Counted from the stretch's first letter, positions 37,708-51,372 are shown. The stretch: DNA of 64,000 nucleotides from Felis catus (GCF_018350175.1 NC_058368.1:99202001-99266000); one strand, 5' to 3'. The notes: generated by a model from the sequence alone, not told the origin. Translations and numbers: made by a program.

Positions 37708-37900
37708 TATTTTTAAGTTGATTTATTTATTTTTGAGAGGGGGAGGGCAGCGAGGGAGAGAGAGAATCCCAAGCAGGCTCCATGCTGTCATCATGGAGCA
37801 CAATGTTGGACTTGAACTTAAAAACGGTTTGATCCTGACCTGGGCTGAAACCAAGAGTCAGATGCTTAACCCAGTGAGACACTGGGGCATCCAGGCACCC
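37708..37900 (-). mobile_element. Can-SINE
   Basis: Full body. Confidence 0.9.
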
Positions 37901-38789
37901 AACATTTCTTTCAAGTACCCCTAATGATACTGTTGCTGATGGTACCCTTTTTTGTGTGAGAGCAAGATTTGTTCACTCCTTCAGGACCGTGGTTCTGACA
38001 AAGGGTAAGTCTGACATGGTACCTGGGGAAAAAAAGATTTCCTAGCTGTAGAGCTCTTCTCAAACTCCTAATTAATTGTTAGCTCACATTTCTGTTATAG
38101 CTTCCTATGTGATCTGTGCTCAGGGAGCTCTGAATAGCTGTCGCTAATTGCCCATGACACCTTACCAGAGGAGTGAGATGGAACAAAGGTGGTGTTCGAA
38201 TGTCACTCAGACTGAAGGCTTTTGTTTGTATTTCCAGATTCTTGTTGTCCTGAAATAAAACTTTTAAAATTATTTTCCGAATGATGGAAGTTGTTTCAGA
38301 GTTAGAACTGGAATTTTTCAGTGATACTGTATATGGTTTAAGAATTAAAACTTAGATAGAGCCTGACTGACCTGTTCAAATAGGACCAAGCAGAGAGAGG
38401 GCTATTCTGTATCACAGCAGGCCAGTAGCTGGGCCTGTCCACTGAATTGCTTAAGTGAGAGTTTCCTTGCTGTTGCTGGCAGATAAGCACCTTGGGTACA
38501 TGAACAATGGCGAGTAATTATTATGAATGTGGATTTAGGAGCCCTTGAAAGCAGTGGTGAAGAGTCTTAGTGTCCTTATCGCCAGCAGGGCCAAAAGCAA
38601 AAATAGGGCCATGGGAAGGGATTGTGGATCTTTGGCCATATCGACAGAATGAATATTGGAGAGGATTCTGTCCTCTTCATGGGCATGGGTGTGGGTAAAG
38701 ATGATTCTGCAAATATCAATCAGTTGTGCGTTTTTGACACACTACTGCCTTTAGCAGAAATGACAGCAATAATTTAGCCATCTGAGAGA

Positions 38790-39350
38790 TATTTGTCTAA
38801 GCTTTAAAACATAAGGCATACATAATTACATACAAGAGCATGTATGCAACACTGAAGCGTGATTTAATGAATAATATAAGGTCCTCTGTACCAGTACCCA
38901 GCTAAAGAAATAGAAGTTAGAAGCCCTCTTAGTACTCTGATTCAGTCACATCCCTTTCCCTCCTTCCAGAATTATATTAAAAAAATTGTGTCCATTATTC
39001 TTTGGTATTGGTTATAGGATCTAGTTGTCACCTGTGTGTGCCCTAAATAATAGCTATTTGTTTTTCTGTCTTTACTGAAATAGCACCAGGCTGTACCTGA
39101 CTTGTTTCTTCTTTAAATACAATGTTTTTGGGATGCTGATCTATCCAGCTGTGACTCATTGGCTTTCACCCCTCTATGGAAACAAGTTATCCATTACTCT
39201 CCTTATGGAGAATTGGGTTGTTTTTAGCTTGGGGATGTAACATACTGCTGCTCTGAGCGTTCTTAGACGAGTCTCCAGATTCACATTTAGAGAAGTTGCT
39301 CCAGGCTTTGGATTGCTGAATCATAGTGTATGTGCTTCTTCAACGTGGTA
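38790..39350 (-). mobile_element. Old L1ME 3' region
   Basis: cataattacataca...gtaccagtacccagctaaagaaatag...ttgggttgtttttagctt...ttgctgaatcatag. Confidence 0.55.
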
Positions 39351-39534
39351 ATCTAAAATCCACTTCTGGAACTGGAAGTTTGATGAGTTTCCTTTTATTT
39401 TATAAATCATGAAATTTTGGCTCAAAGGTAATTTGTGCTTCTTTCTGGTCACACAGGGAGTCTGTATCCCATTTGGAAGCTGAAACCTCGTCTCCTGATT
39501 GTCCCTCTAATGACCTTTCTGTTTTTCCTGAATG

Positions 39535-39731
39535 CTTAATTGTTTATTTTTGAGAGAGAGAGAGAGAGGTAGAGAAAGAGAAAAAGTAGGGGGAGGGCTA
39601 GCGAGAGAGGAGGGCTGAGACTCTGAAGCAGGCTCCACACTGTCACCGAGCAAAGTGCAAACCCAGGAGCCATGAGATCATGACCCGAGTCAAAGTGGGA
39701 TGCTTAATTGACTAAGCCACCCAGGTGCCCC
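39535..39731 (-). mobile_element. Can-SINE
   Basis: TSD about ctMatgRcctttc. Confidence 0.92.
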
Positions 39732-40337
39732 TCATGGCCTTTCGATGAAAGCCCTTGAATTATCACAGAAGCTTTGAATTTTCCTTCTCACTACTGATCT
39801 CTCTCCTTTTTCTTGATTTTTATACTTTTACATTTGTTTCTTTTCTTTTTATTCTTGTTTTTTTTTTCAGTAAGTTGAGAGAAATCTTAGTATGGATTAG
39901 AAAAAGGCACGTATGTTCAATTTGACATAATTCATGCTGGAAGGCCAAGCCTTTATTTGTGTTAGTATGAAGTTTTTCCAAGTATGTGTTAAGTGGTATA
40001 ACACTGTTTTAATTTGCCCTTCTAAGGTTAGTAGAAAGTTAGATGTTTCATATAATACATATTAACGTATATACTTACATGAGGAAGAATGCGTGTACTT
40101 TATGAGTTTTTGCTTCAGATGCATTGTCTGATTACCGTTTAGGGCTGTGACACTGTCATAAACCTGATTATATGAACCCTTAAATTATTTTAATTTTGCT
40201 GCCAATAGCTTCTTCCTGTACATGCAATTCAAATTTGCAGAAAAGAAATGAGCATGGGCAGCTAAATAAATACAATCTGCTATGTCTACAAGAATAATAT
40301 GAATTAGGAAAATTTCTACTTTGTCCTCTATTTTTCC

Positions 40338-40555
40338 TTTTTTTGAAAAGTGTATTCATTTATTTTGAGAGAGAGAGAGACAGACAGAGAGAGAGAGAGA
40401 GAGGGAGAGATCATGAGCTGATCAGGGACAGAGAAAAACAGAGAAAGAGAATCCCAAGCAGGCCCAGGGCAGGGCTCCAACTCAAACTGTGAGATCATGA
40501 CCTGAGCTGAAACCAAGAGGCAGGTGCTTAACCGACTGAGCCACCCAGGTGCCCC
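40338..40555 (-). mobile_element. Can-SINE
   Basis: Full body with a small internal deletion. Confidence 0.92.
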
Positions 40556-40884
40556 ATATCCCTTCTTTTCTAATCTTTCACCTGAACTACCAGAATTTCC
40601 GTGTTTATGTTAAATAACATCTCAGGGATCCTGCTAGATTTCCTCTTCTTCTCAGTGTTATTTTATAAAATAGTACTACTGCATTTATTCGGGATGGTTG
40701 TAATACTTCTTACACAAATTAATTTACAATAATGTGTTTATTATGTAAATGTGTACATTTTTATTTGAACAAAGACATTAACATTTAAAGCGAAAAGATT
40801 GACTAATGCTGGATATCCTAAATAGTATCATGTTGGTGCAATATTTGAATGTGTAACTGGGTGACAGTGTTACATCTCTTGTCT

Positions 40885-41335
40885 TCTGCTAAAACCACAG
40901 ATCCTGGATTCAGATTATATCAGACACTCATTAATTGTTTAATATTGGGTGAGGTACATTTCTTCTCTGTGCTTCAGCTTCTTTATCTCTAAAATAGAGG
41001 TAACAAGAGTACCAACTTCACAGAGTAGTTATTGATATTAAAATGAGCTAATATTTGGTAACAAATAGGGCACCTAGGTAGCTCAGCGAATTAAGCATCT
41101 GGCTCGTGATTTTGGTTCAGGTCATGATCTCATGGTTGTGCACCCCATGTCAATCTTGGAGCTGAGCGCAGAGCCTGCTTGGGATTCCCTCCCCCTCCCC
41201 CCTTCTTTCTCTGCCCCTCCCCCACTCACTCTCTCTCCCTCCCTCCCTCTCTCAAAAAACTAAAATGAGCTAATATTTATAAAGCTTTTAAAAGAGTTCT
41301 TAGCAGAGCATAAACACTATACAAGTAATAGTTTT
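40885..41335 (+). mobile_element. MIR interrupted by a Can-SINE
   Basis: MIR core ctctgtgcttcagcttctttatctctaaaatagaggtaaca. Confidence 0.75.
41068..41260 (+). mobile_element. Can-SINE
   Basis: Flanked by taaaatgagctaatattt repeats. Confidence 0.92.
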
Positions 41336-42100
41336 TATTAATATCATTATTGCCTATCGATATGTTAAAACTAAAAAGCTATCGAATTCTGCTCTTTAGA
41401 ATATTTCCTAGCTGCAATTAGAACTCTAGGTCTAAATATGCGAACATTCAGATGTTAAATAACTCCCAACGTGGCTTGTCTTCAGTTTTCTCTTTTCCAA
41501 GTGGTACTGAGCGGATGATTAGAGATACTTAAATGTGTATTAAGCATTGGAAACCAGAGAAAAGCATGAAAAGATGCCAAGTATATGGGCTGCCAATGGT
41601 ATTTGTTTTTCCTGTTACAAGGGTTTTCTCAGTACATATGAGATCTCACTAACAGTCCCATCAACAATGATGTATGACAAATGAATTTTAGCCTAGCCAC
41701 CAAAGCCAGAGTTTCCATTTCCAAGAAAACAGATAAAAAGAATGACAAAATTATATTCTAAGGAACAAATCTCTTCTATTCTATAAAAGTACAGCCATGG
41801 AATAGAGCAGCACATTCCTCCTCATTGTCATTGACCATGAGAACTGAGTATTTTTACACTCCGTCAGCATTGAGGAAATAGTGATGCATAAGACAGCAAG
41901 TTCTCTTTCTCTTTTGCAGTTTAGTTTTCATAAGACAAGCATACAAAAGCCATATACATGAATCTTAAAAATCAGACAGAAATAAGTTACATGTATATAT
42001 ATAGAAATTAAAAAAAATAAGGTAACATGATCACAACTGGACGATTCCTTTATACCAGAGGTCAGAAGCTCTCCTCAAAGATGTTACTTATTTATTCCAA

Positions 42101-42310
42101 TTTTTTTAAAAAAATGTTTATTTATTTAGAGAGAAAGAGCTTGTGTGGATGAGAGCAGAGTAGGGACAGAGAGAAAGGAGAGAGAGAATCCCAAGCAGGC
42201 TCCGCACTGTCAGCGCAGAGCCCAACACAGGGAACTCAGGAACCATGAGATCATGACCTGAGCAGAAATCAAGAGTCAAATGCTTAACTAACTAGGTCAC
42301 CCAGGTGCCT
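42101..42310 (-). mobile_element. Can-SINE
   Basis: Full body. Confidence 0.93.
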
Positions 42311-42529
42311 CTATGTATGGTTTTTAATTTTTAATTTTATTTTTTTAGCCGTTCAATCATTTACTTATTAGAAAATGCAACTTATGTTATCTTCATACTG
42401 TTTATTGCATTTCTTCAAATCACTACTCAAAGCTATAATACTCAATGATTTTTTTAATTAAGTGATGTATATGTTCTTGCTCATTTTACTTAAAATCTTT
42501 GATCACATAACTATTTATCTTTTCTTGTT

Positions 42530-42753
42530 TAAAAATGTGTTTATTGAAACTGAAGTTAGTTGACATACGGTGTATGGTTTTGGGAGTAGAACCCAGTGAT
42601 TCATCTCTTACATATGACACCAGTGTTCATCCCAACAAGTGCCCTCCTTAAGTGCCCATTACCCATTTAGCCCATCCCCCCACTTACCTCCCCTATAGCA
42701 ACCTTCACTTTGTCCTCTGAATTTTTTTAAACTTTTTTTAGCATTGATTTATT

Positions 42754-42798
<45 letters not shown>

Positions 42799-43021
42799 AT
42801 GAGCAGGGGAGGGGCAGAGAGAGAGACACAGAATCCGAATCTGAAGCAGGCTCCAGGCTCTGAGCTGTCAGCACAGAGCCTGACGCAGGGCTCAAACTCA
42901 CAACCGGTGAGATCATGACCTGAGCTGAAGTCAGATGCTTAACGGACTGAGCCACCCAGGCGCCCTGTCCTCTGAATTTAAGAGTCTCTTATGGCTGGCC
43001 TCTCTCTCTGTTTTTACCTTA
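42530..43021 (-). mobile_element. Felid L1 3'UTR fragment interrupted by a SINE
   Basis: Homologous to 4010-4250 (cagtgYtcatcccaacaagtgccctcct; tttaagagtctcttatgg). Confidence 0.9.
42725..42965 (-). mobile_element. Can-SINE
   Basis: Perfect TSD tgtcctctgaattt. Confidence 0.97.
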
Positions 43022-43181
43022 TTTTTAAATGTATTTATTTATTAACTTTGAGAGAGGGGGGAGGGGCAGAGAGAGGGAGAGAGAATCCCAAGCAGGCTCT
43101 ACTCTGTCGGTACAGTGGCTCCATCTCTGGCTGAAACCCAGAGTTAGGCACTTAACCCACTGAGCCACCCCCAGGCAACCC
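43022..43181 (-). mobile_element. Can-SINE (internally deleted)
   Basis: Head and tail present. Confidence 0.88.
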
Positions 43182-43671
43182 TAGGAGGTGTCATTTAAAT
43201 TGATGCCTGGTTACATTGAATAAACCAACAATTTACTAGAAAATATTAGCAATAAACTGATGCCTGAAATACATTAAAGAGTCAAATTTTACATTGGAAA
43301 ATTTTGTTCTCTATGAAGTCCATCACGGGAAAAAATTCAGAGACTTTCTTTCTGAATCCCTTCATTTCTTCTGAGGGAAAATAGGTATATTCAGTTAGCT
43401 AAAAATCATTTGCTGTCAACTATGTTCATTGTGAATGTGATCTACAGAAATAAGACAGATTACTTTATTTCTCAAAGAGTAAATTCACACAAGACACTAA
43501 CCATGCTATATAAGGTGGTCAGCTGACAAACCGAGAGCTTGAAATTTCCCTGCCCGTTGTTGGATCTTGGGTTTCTATTCACAGAACGAATTCCTTCACT
43601 TATCTTCACATGTAAAGGCACCTGGAGGTACTGCAAGCTATATTCTCAAGAGGTTTTTATTCAAAGAGATT

Positions 43672-43874
43672 ATTTTTTATGTTTGTTTATTTTTTTGAGA
43701 GAGAGAGTACAAACGGGGGAGGAGCAGACAGAGAGGGAGACACAGAATCTGAGGCAGGCTCCAGGCTCTGAGCTGTCAGCATGTAGCCTGATGCAGGGCT
43801 CAATCTCAGCAACCATGAGATTATAACCTGAGCTGAAGTCAGACGCTTAACCAACTGAGACACCCAGGCACCCC
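43672..43874 (-). mobile_element. Can-SINE
   Basis: TSD ttSaaagagatt. Confidence 0.95.
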
Positions 43875-44289
43875 TGTTGAAAGAGATTTTTAAGTCAAAA
43901 CAAAAGTGAGATAAAAGGGTAGAATTGTATAGTAATGGCTGCTGAACTTAATTGTATGTTCTAGTCCCTTGGATATTCCCAGGCTGGTATATGCCTAGTC
44001 ACTTGGATATGCCTGCTGCCCAGGCTGCATGTTAGTTGATTAAGTAAAAATTTGGGAGGTAGATTCTGGGCTCCAGGTTTCAATGGTTTATTAGGTGATT
44101 CTAATATGGAGCTAGCATTGACTATCATTTTCTAGTCTAGAAGATTCTATTCATAAGTTTTCTTTTAAATATTCTTAATTCCATTGAATGCCCTTTTCTG
44201 TGTAGAAAGGCAGAACATCACAGCAGGTTTTATCAATACCAAAAATAAATATATCTTAAGTATCTGGAAGAAGCTTTGAAAAGACAAAC

Positions 44290-44706
44290 ATACGACAGAA
44301 TCTAAATGTCCATTAAATGGTAAGTGGATAAACAAAATATGGTATATTCATATAATGGAATATTATTTGACATTGAATAGAATGATGTGCTCATACATAC
44401 ATGAACTTTGAACAAAGTGTGTTAAATAACCAAAGACTATTGTATAAATTATGTTTATATTAAATGTCCAGAAAAGGCAAATATACAGAATCAATAATAG
44501 ATTGTTGTTGCCTGGGGCTGGATTTGGGAATGGAGAATGACTATCTAAAATGTGAATGATTGTTTTGGGTTAATGGAAATACTCTAAAAATGGATTTTTA
44601 TGACAACTGAACAACTCTATAAATTAACTAATGGTCATTGAGTTGCACACTTCATATGGGCTTATTTTGTGTGTCTAAACTATACCTTGATAAAGCTATT
44701 AAAAAA
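44290..44706 (+). mobile_element. L1MB-type 3' end
   Basis: aaatgtccattaaatggtaagtggataaacaaaatatggtatattcatataatggaatatta...gataaagctattaaaaaa. Confidence 0.85.
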
Positions 44707-44710
44707 TGAA

Positions 44711-44902
44711 GGGGCACGTAGGTGGCTCAATTGGTTGAATGACCCACTCTTGATTTTGGCTCAGGGTCATGGAATTGAGCACCCGAATGGGCTTTGTGCT
44801 AAACATGGAGCTTGCTTGGGATTCTCTGTCTCTGTCTCTCTCTGCACCTTTTCCCCACTCATGTCATCTCTCTCTCTCTCAAAATAAACAAATAAATAAA
44901 TA
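44711..44902 (+). mobile_element. Can-SINE inserted in the L1 tail
   Basis: Full body. Confidence 0.92.
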
Positions 44903-46146
44903 ATGTTACCATTTTTATTTAATTTCCAGAGATATTTATTACATTAATATAATTTTAAATAATATTTGGGGGGAAGTAAAAGATGAGTATATGTATAAGA
45001 TAAATATTTTAAATGACATTTGATATTGATGTTTGAGACAGTTTTTATAACATTTTTTAGTTGCATTTTGCTCATTTAAAAAAATCTAAAAGAACAATAA
45101 AAATTGGAAAACAAGGATAACATTATCACCAAGCAAATTTAAAATTTCATGATCATTATAAAATGCTACTAACAACTATGATGAAGAGGAATAAGGCAGT
45201 TACTTTTTCATATGTAACAATGATTAAAGTCACAGATTAAAATACTGTTTTTTTCATACATGTTAATTTTCTAATCTCGAGGCTGTAGAATGGGCATTCT
45301 AAATTTATACTGATGTTATGGGTTCCATTATAGTATTAATTATTCAAACACCAAAGAGTAAAACCAGCTCTGAAAGACAATAAGACAGTATCTACATATT
45401 AGATTATTTTGTTGATTTGTCGTCTATTTAATCTGCACTAGTTCCAAAGATGTTTGCAAGATCTTTCCAAGTTTTCCAAGATGTAGTTAGATCTGATCTA
45501 GGTAACAATGAAAGGGAGCAAATCACATGCTCTAAAAGGGCAGATATAAAAGAACATCTTGTGATGTAACTGTTATTGTAAAATTGAAATAATAGTTTCA
45601 CTGCCATAAATCACTCTCCTTTCGGATAATAAAGGTATACTACAGATATAAAACCAGTGCTGTCCTGAACCTTTGGCTGAATTAAATTCAGTGATTAGTG
45701 AGAAGCAGTGGACTTGGGCTAAAGAATAAAACCTGAGTTCTTTAACATAGAGAATGATTAGAGATAATGAAGGAAATGTGTGAGAGGGAAATTGTCAAAT
45801 CTTATACGGAGTAAATGGTTCACGATATTTCCTACAGATAAATTTTCTGTGTAATATACACTTAAATGTCACTCAGAACAAATATTGAATGATTAGGAAG
45901 TTGACAAAGCCATTACGTGGAAGAGAGTTTGCGCTCTGATTATTTCAGAGAAGACTGTGTTTACTTGGAAACTTAGGGAAATAATGAGCTTAAACAGTAG
46001 ATTACATATTCCACTACAGTATGATTATTTGAGAAAAGTTATGATTTGTTTAATTATGGACCTCAAATATAGGATGATATATTCCTTGTGAGAATGTTTT
46101 TTTCTTCTTTGTATTTAAATTATCTGATTTAATAAAGCTGTTAGAA

Positions 46147-46364
46147 GGGGTGTCTGGGTGGCTTAATTGGTTGAGCCTACAACTTTAGATTTTGGCTCAG
46201 GTCATGATCCCAGGTTCATGGGACCAAGCCCTGCTTGGGGCTCTGTTCAGAGCCTGGAGTCTGCTTAAGATTCCCTCTTCCCTTCTCTCTTTGCCTCGCT
46301 CCCTCACATAAACAGGTGTGCATGCTTACTCTCTATCTCTCTCCCTCTCAGGAAAAAAAAAAAA
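46147..46364 (+). mobile_element. Can-SINE
   Basis: TSD aMagctgttag. Confidence 0.92.
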
Positions 46365-46699
46365 TACAGCTGTTAGTAAAAAAGCTCTTTCTGTATGTGC
46401 ATAGGTTTGTAATTTCTCTACTTAAATAGTAAGTTCAGGCTCACTTGACACTATTTTTACACCATATTCTGGCAGAAGTCCCAGAAAAAGTGTTGTTAAT
46501 AGACATTGCATTTGGGTTATGTGGCTTAACACTGTCTAAATTAATATGTAACTGAAAGAACATCAATGCCTGGGCTGTAGAGATGTCCTGTATGTAGACT
46601 CTCTGTGTCTCTGTGTGTTTGAGGGGAAGAATATGTGTACCAATAAGTATGTGTGTATGTGTTTGTGGAGGGGGGGTTCAGTGTACATTAGTGGCTGAT

Positions 46700-46890
46700 C
46701 ACACGGATACCAAACTTTGGACTGTGATGTCAGCATAAGTTAATGAATCTCTTTAACTATGACTTTCCTCATTTGTAAAGTGGGAATAAAATAGCGCATG
46801 TATCTTGGGATTTCTTCAGTTAGTATATGAGGTAATATAAATAGATCACTCAGTACTGAACATGGTACATATCAAGCTTTGAAGAAAATT
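46700..46890 (+). mobile_element. MIR
   Basis: actttcctcatttgtaaagtgggaataaaatag core. Confidence 0.7.
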
Positions 46891-47444
46891 TACGTATTTT
46901 TACCCATTATAAATTATCATATTAATATCACTTGCTTTTCATTACATTTTGCTTGGCTAAATTGAACCCCAGCAATGTATTACCAGGTTTTGTATATTTT
47001 AGAATCTTATAAATGGGATCATATTATAGATATGAAAACTTATTTTTTATGAAAAATTCACTTCTTGAGATTTAGTCGTTTTGATATGTGCAGCCAGTTC
47101 ATATGTTTTCACTAGTGGTTGATAGAATACAACCTGCCACATTAGCCAATTAAAGGAAGTAAGTCATATGTCCTCTGACAAACACTTGATACACCATTTA
47201 TTTTTAAAATGGGCAATGGAAGAAAATGCCTTCAATCCAATAAGAGGTATCTACAAATGCTTACTCTATGCTTTACTAATACATTAAAAGTATTCCCTTG
47301 GGGGGGGAAAAGGCAAATAAAAGGGTGCCCTCTAGAAGCATCTTTGTTCAGAATTTTTCTGAAGGGAACAACCAGTGCAATAAAGTGGGGAAAAGAAATA
47401 AAAGGCCTAAAAGAATAAACAGATCAATGATATTAGTATTTGTA

Positions 47445-47705
47445 TTTTTTTAAATATGAAATTTATTGTCAAATTGGTTTCCATATAACACCCAGTGCTC
47501 ATCCCAAAAGGTGCCCTCCTCAATGTCCATTACTCACTTTCCCCTCCCTCCCACCCCCCATCAACCCTCAGTTTGTTCTCAGTTTTTAAGAGTCTCTTAT
47601 GTTTTGGCTCCCTCCCTCTCTAACTTTTTTTTTCCTTCCCCTCCCCCATGGCCTTCTGTTAAGTTTCTCAGGATCCACATAAGAGTGAAAACATATGGTA
47701 TCTGT
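47445..47705 (-). mobile_element. Felid L1 3'UTR fragment
   Basis: Homologous to 4010-4335; TSD gtatYtgtatt. Confidence 0.92.
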
Positions 47706-47719
47706 ATTCTGAACCACCT

Positions 47720-48800
47720 CTTCTAACTATATTATGTTTTCTGGCATTCTTTTTGCTCTTCTTATTGTGAGGTTGGCCTTATTTTGAACCTTATTTTTCT
47801 CACTCTCCTTTCCCTCTATATTGTTTTGGAAGTTGCACTCCCTGTGTTTGTCAATTTAGTTGTTCCTTAGAATTTAAACATGGATTTTAACTTATTATTT
47901 AAAGTTAGACATTTAACAACATCAAAGTTTGGTCGACATCTTTACACTCCTGTCAAAATAATTAAAGCCTCATGAAAACTTGAACTCTGATTGCTCACCT
48001 ATTTTCTTTTACTATATTTGAGTTATGTCTAGTAATGTCTATGTCTTTTATTTTATTTCTATCTTGCATTTTTGATATTTTGTACAATCAGTTTTCTTGG
48101 ATGCAGTTTCTTGGCTCACCTTTCTTTCTTGTATCTCAGAAATTCTTTGTCAGATGGTATTTCTTCTTCCTGAAGTACAAATTCGGAAGTTGTTTTTGCT
48201 AAGATCTATTGGTAGTTAACTTCCCCAGCTTTGGTTTATCTAAAAATAGAGTTGGTTAACAATCATTTCTGAAATGCTGCTTCACTAGGAACATAATTCT
48301 GTACTGAAAGCTATATTCCAGATGAGCGTCCTGTGCATTCTGGCTTTCTATATTGTTTTACAAAGTCTGCTTTTGGCCTAATTGCCATTTTTGGGTTGTC
48401 TTGTCTACCTGAGAGCATTTAATGATTTCTCTCTACAGTTAGTGTTGGTAGTTTTGCTTCAAATTGTGTATACTTCTATTTCTTTTTATTATCTCATTTG
48501 CAATTTATCATATTTACCAAATCTAAGACTGGGTATCCTTCAGCAATTCAAAGCATACTTCATGCAATATCATTCTAAATATTGCCTCTTTTACATTACT
48601 TTTATTTTTTCTTCTGAAAATCTGAATGGACGTGGGTTAGAATGTCTCACTCTCTCCCTTATGTCTATTACCTTATCTTACTAGGTTTTATCTCTCTTTG
48701 TGTCTTTGTCTGGATGATTTCTTCAGATTTGTCAGCCAATTCATGAATAGTCTAAATTTTTTATCCTCTACTATTTTCTAGTTCATTGGATTTCTAATTT
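47720..48800 (-). mobile_element. Old L1 (L1M) ORF1-region remnant
   Basis: T-rich; aagatctattggtagttaacttccccagctttggtttatctaaaaat resembles L1M ORF1 antisense. Confidence 0.6.
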
Positions 48801-48811
48801 AATTGCTACTA

Positions 48812-49357
48812 TTAAAAAGAAAACCAGAGGTATAATTTAGGTTAAGGTCGAAAGTCAATAAAGAAAGACTTAATGCCTAACCTAACTATAGTTCCAACCA
48901 CTCAGAAATGTAACCTTTAGCCAGTGAGCATGGGAGTATCCTGGTCAGCCCGAGGAAATTTACTGATGAAGCATTTCCATGCCCCTCAGGAGGGTAGCCT
49001 CACCTAAAACAGTGGATTCTTTGCAAATCATTTCTTTTTTTCCTACTCTTTCTCTCCCTGGAACCTCATTAAGCATCCCATTCTTGATTCATGTCATGCA
49101 TGATCTCCCAGTTTGTAAGCTAGAACCTGCTTGGGATTTTCTCTCTCCCTCTCTCTCTCTGCCCTTCCCCTGCTCATATCCCCACCCCCACCCCCCACCT
49201 TTCAAAATAAATAAATAAACATTAAAAAAACACTTTTCCTTCTCTGTAGCCCTTTGGAGCTCACCTCTACTTGCAAGATTGATGCTGCCCAATTCGAGAA
49301 TCGGTTAATAAAGCCAATTAGATCTTTAAAATGTATGCAGTTGGGCTCTTGTTAATA
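48812..49357 (+). mobile_element. ERV1 LTR (MER34A-like) interrupted by a SINE
   Basis: 3' end tgatgctgcccaattcgagaatcggttaataaagccaattagatctttaaa. Confidence 0.75.
49065..49230 (+). mobile_element. Can-SINE (degenerate 5' end)
   Basis: aacctgcttgggattt(ct)n..aaaataaataaataaacattaaaaaaa. Confidence 0.88.
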
Positions 49358-49415
49358 TTAGTTAAATATTTTTTTACAAATTATACTGGAATCTAAGATT
49401 GGATTGCTTATTTTT

Positions 49416-49632
49416 TTTTAAATTTTTTTTAACGTTTATTTATTTTTGAGACAGAGAGAGACAGAGCATGAACGGGGGAGGGGCAGAGAGAGAGGGAGAC
49501 ACAGAATCGGAAACAGGCTCCAGGCTCTGAGCCATCAGCCCAGAGCCCGACGCAGGGCTCGAACTCCTGGACCGCGAGATCCTGACCTGGCTGAAGTCGG
49601 GCACTTAACCAACTGAGCCACCCAGGCGCCCC
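49416..49632 (-). mobile_element. Young felid Can-SINE
   Basis: Perfect TSD tggattgcttattttt. Confidence 0.98.
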
Positions 49633-50562
49633 TGGATTGCTTATTTTTGATGCTCATTCATTCATGAAGCATTCTGAAAGTTCTTTTCTTTTTAGCATAT
49701 TTAAAAGCCTTTGGAAATAGTTTATTTGTGATCATTTCAGTTTCCTATGTAAAAATCTGATATTTGTCTTGGTAATATTTTGTCAGTGAGCTGTGTTTCT
49801 TCATATGTTTATTAATTTTTGTCAGTCTCTGAGCTCTTGATTACAAGTTCTGGAAATTCTGGAACTTTATCTGTGGGAATTATTTTAGGATTTAAGGTTC
49901 ATTTCTTCAAATAGGATTTGCATCCCTGCCAATTACTAAGCAAGACTCCCAACATATACCAATTGAAATTGTTCCATACTTTCTGCTTTTGCTTTTGTGA
50001 TTCTATTTTGGGTTGTCCATTTTTTTCTTAATCCATATGGAGTATATTCTAGCACCTAACATAAGTGAAAGTAATTTTGTGGTTGTATTTTCTCAGCCAA
50101 GGTATTTTCTGCCCCCCGTCCCCTTGCTTGTGCTCTAGTAGAGCAAGGCCTGAGAAAAGTAAGTTCATTAACTGTGAAGCTGGCCTTCATTTCACTCAAT
50201 GAAATAGTTACCACTTTAGACCTGTCCTTAATGGTCTGATAAACTTTCTTGTGGGTAGCAGGTTTATGTCCTGGTTCCTGATGAAGTTTTAGTTCTATTA
50301 AGTCCAAATCTTAGGTTCCCTGAAATGAATTCCAGCTCCACTACTCTCTTAGAATTCCCATTTTCTCATGGTTTCTGTTCTCCCCTACTTCTCTTAGTTG
50401 CCCACAGCCCGGTCACACAGTAGTAAAAAAATGTTTTTGCTCTTTTATGCAGGCATGTAGTTATTTTCTTTTGAGGATATTTCTTCAAAATGTGAGGAAG
50501 GTTAAAAAATATTTCCAGAGGTTCACTTACATTCAAGACTGTCTGATAAGTTATATAACATA

Positions 50563-50760
50563 GGGTTGCCTGGGTGGCTCATTCAGTTAAGAGTCTGACT
50601 TTAGTCAGGTCATGATCTCACAATTTATGAGATTGAGTCATAAACTGACTCTGCACTGACAGTGTGGAGTCTACTTGGGATTCTCTCTCTTTGCTTTTCT
50701 CGCTGCCCCTTCTCACACATGCACTCTCTCTCTCTCTCTATCTCAAATAAAACTTTTAAA
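50563..50760 (+). mobile_element. Can-SINE
   Basis: TSD RagttataYaacata. Confidence 0.93.
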
Positions 50761-51163
50761 AGTGAGTTATACAACATAGAAGAAATCATTTGCTTAGAAT
50801 TTTCTTTTATTTGGATGTTGGCACTTGAACTAGAGACCAAGGAAATCTTCATCCTTTTTTGATGTGTATTTGTATGTGTGTGTGTTTAGTGAAAAATAAA
50901 CTCTATTTTTGGAACTTTTTCTGAGAAGATAAAATTGAATGAAAAAATGTACTTGCATATGTATTTGTTTTTATCATTGCTAATAACACACTGAAAGCAT
51001 TTTAAATGTTCAACAAAGAAAGTTACTATGATGGATTGTTGAAGCTAATATATTTATGTGTAATAATTATAATGTAGAAATACTTCTTTATTACAACCTA
51101 TTGTTGATGAGAAATAAAACAGATGTAAATAAGACACAATTTTATTAAGAATACATATCTCTG

Positions 51164-51285
51164 GGAACACCTTGGTGGATCAGTTAAGCATCCTACTCTT
51201 GATTTTGGCTCAAGTCATGGTCTCGCAGTTCAAGACATTGAGGCCCACATCGGGCTCTGCACTGACAGCATGGAGTCTGCTTGGG

Positions 51286-51323
<38 letters not shown>

Positions 51324-51372
51324 CCCTCCCACCTACACTCTTTCAAATTAAATGAATAAACAGTTTTTTAAA
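51164..51372 (+). mobile_element. Can-SINE
   Basis: TSD about aagaatacaYa. Confidence 0.92.

Noticed and set aside
37985..38004. 20-nt + strand microexon (ccttcAG ... AGG|GTAAGT)
   Set aside because: Good donor but short pyrimidine tract, not frame-preserving and no partner exons; expected by chance.
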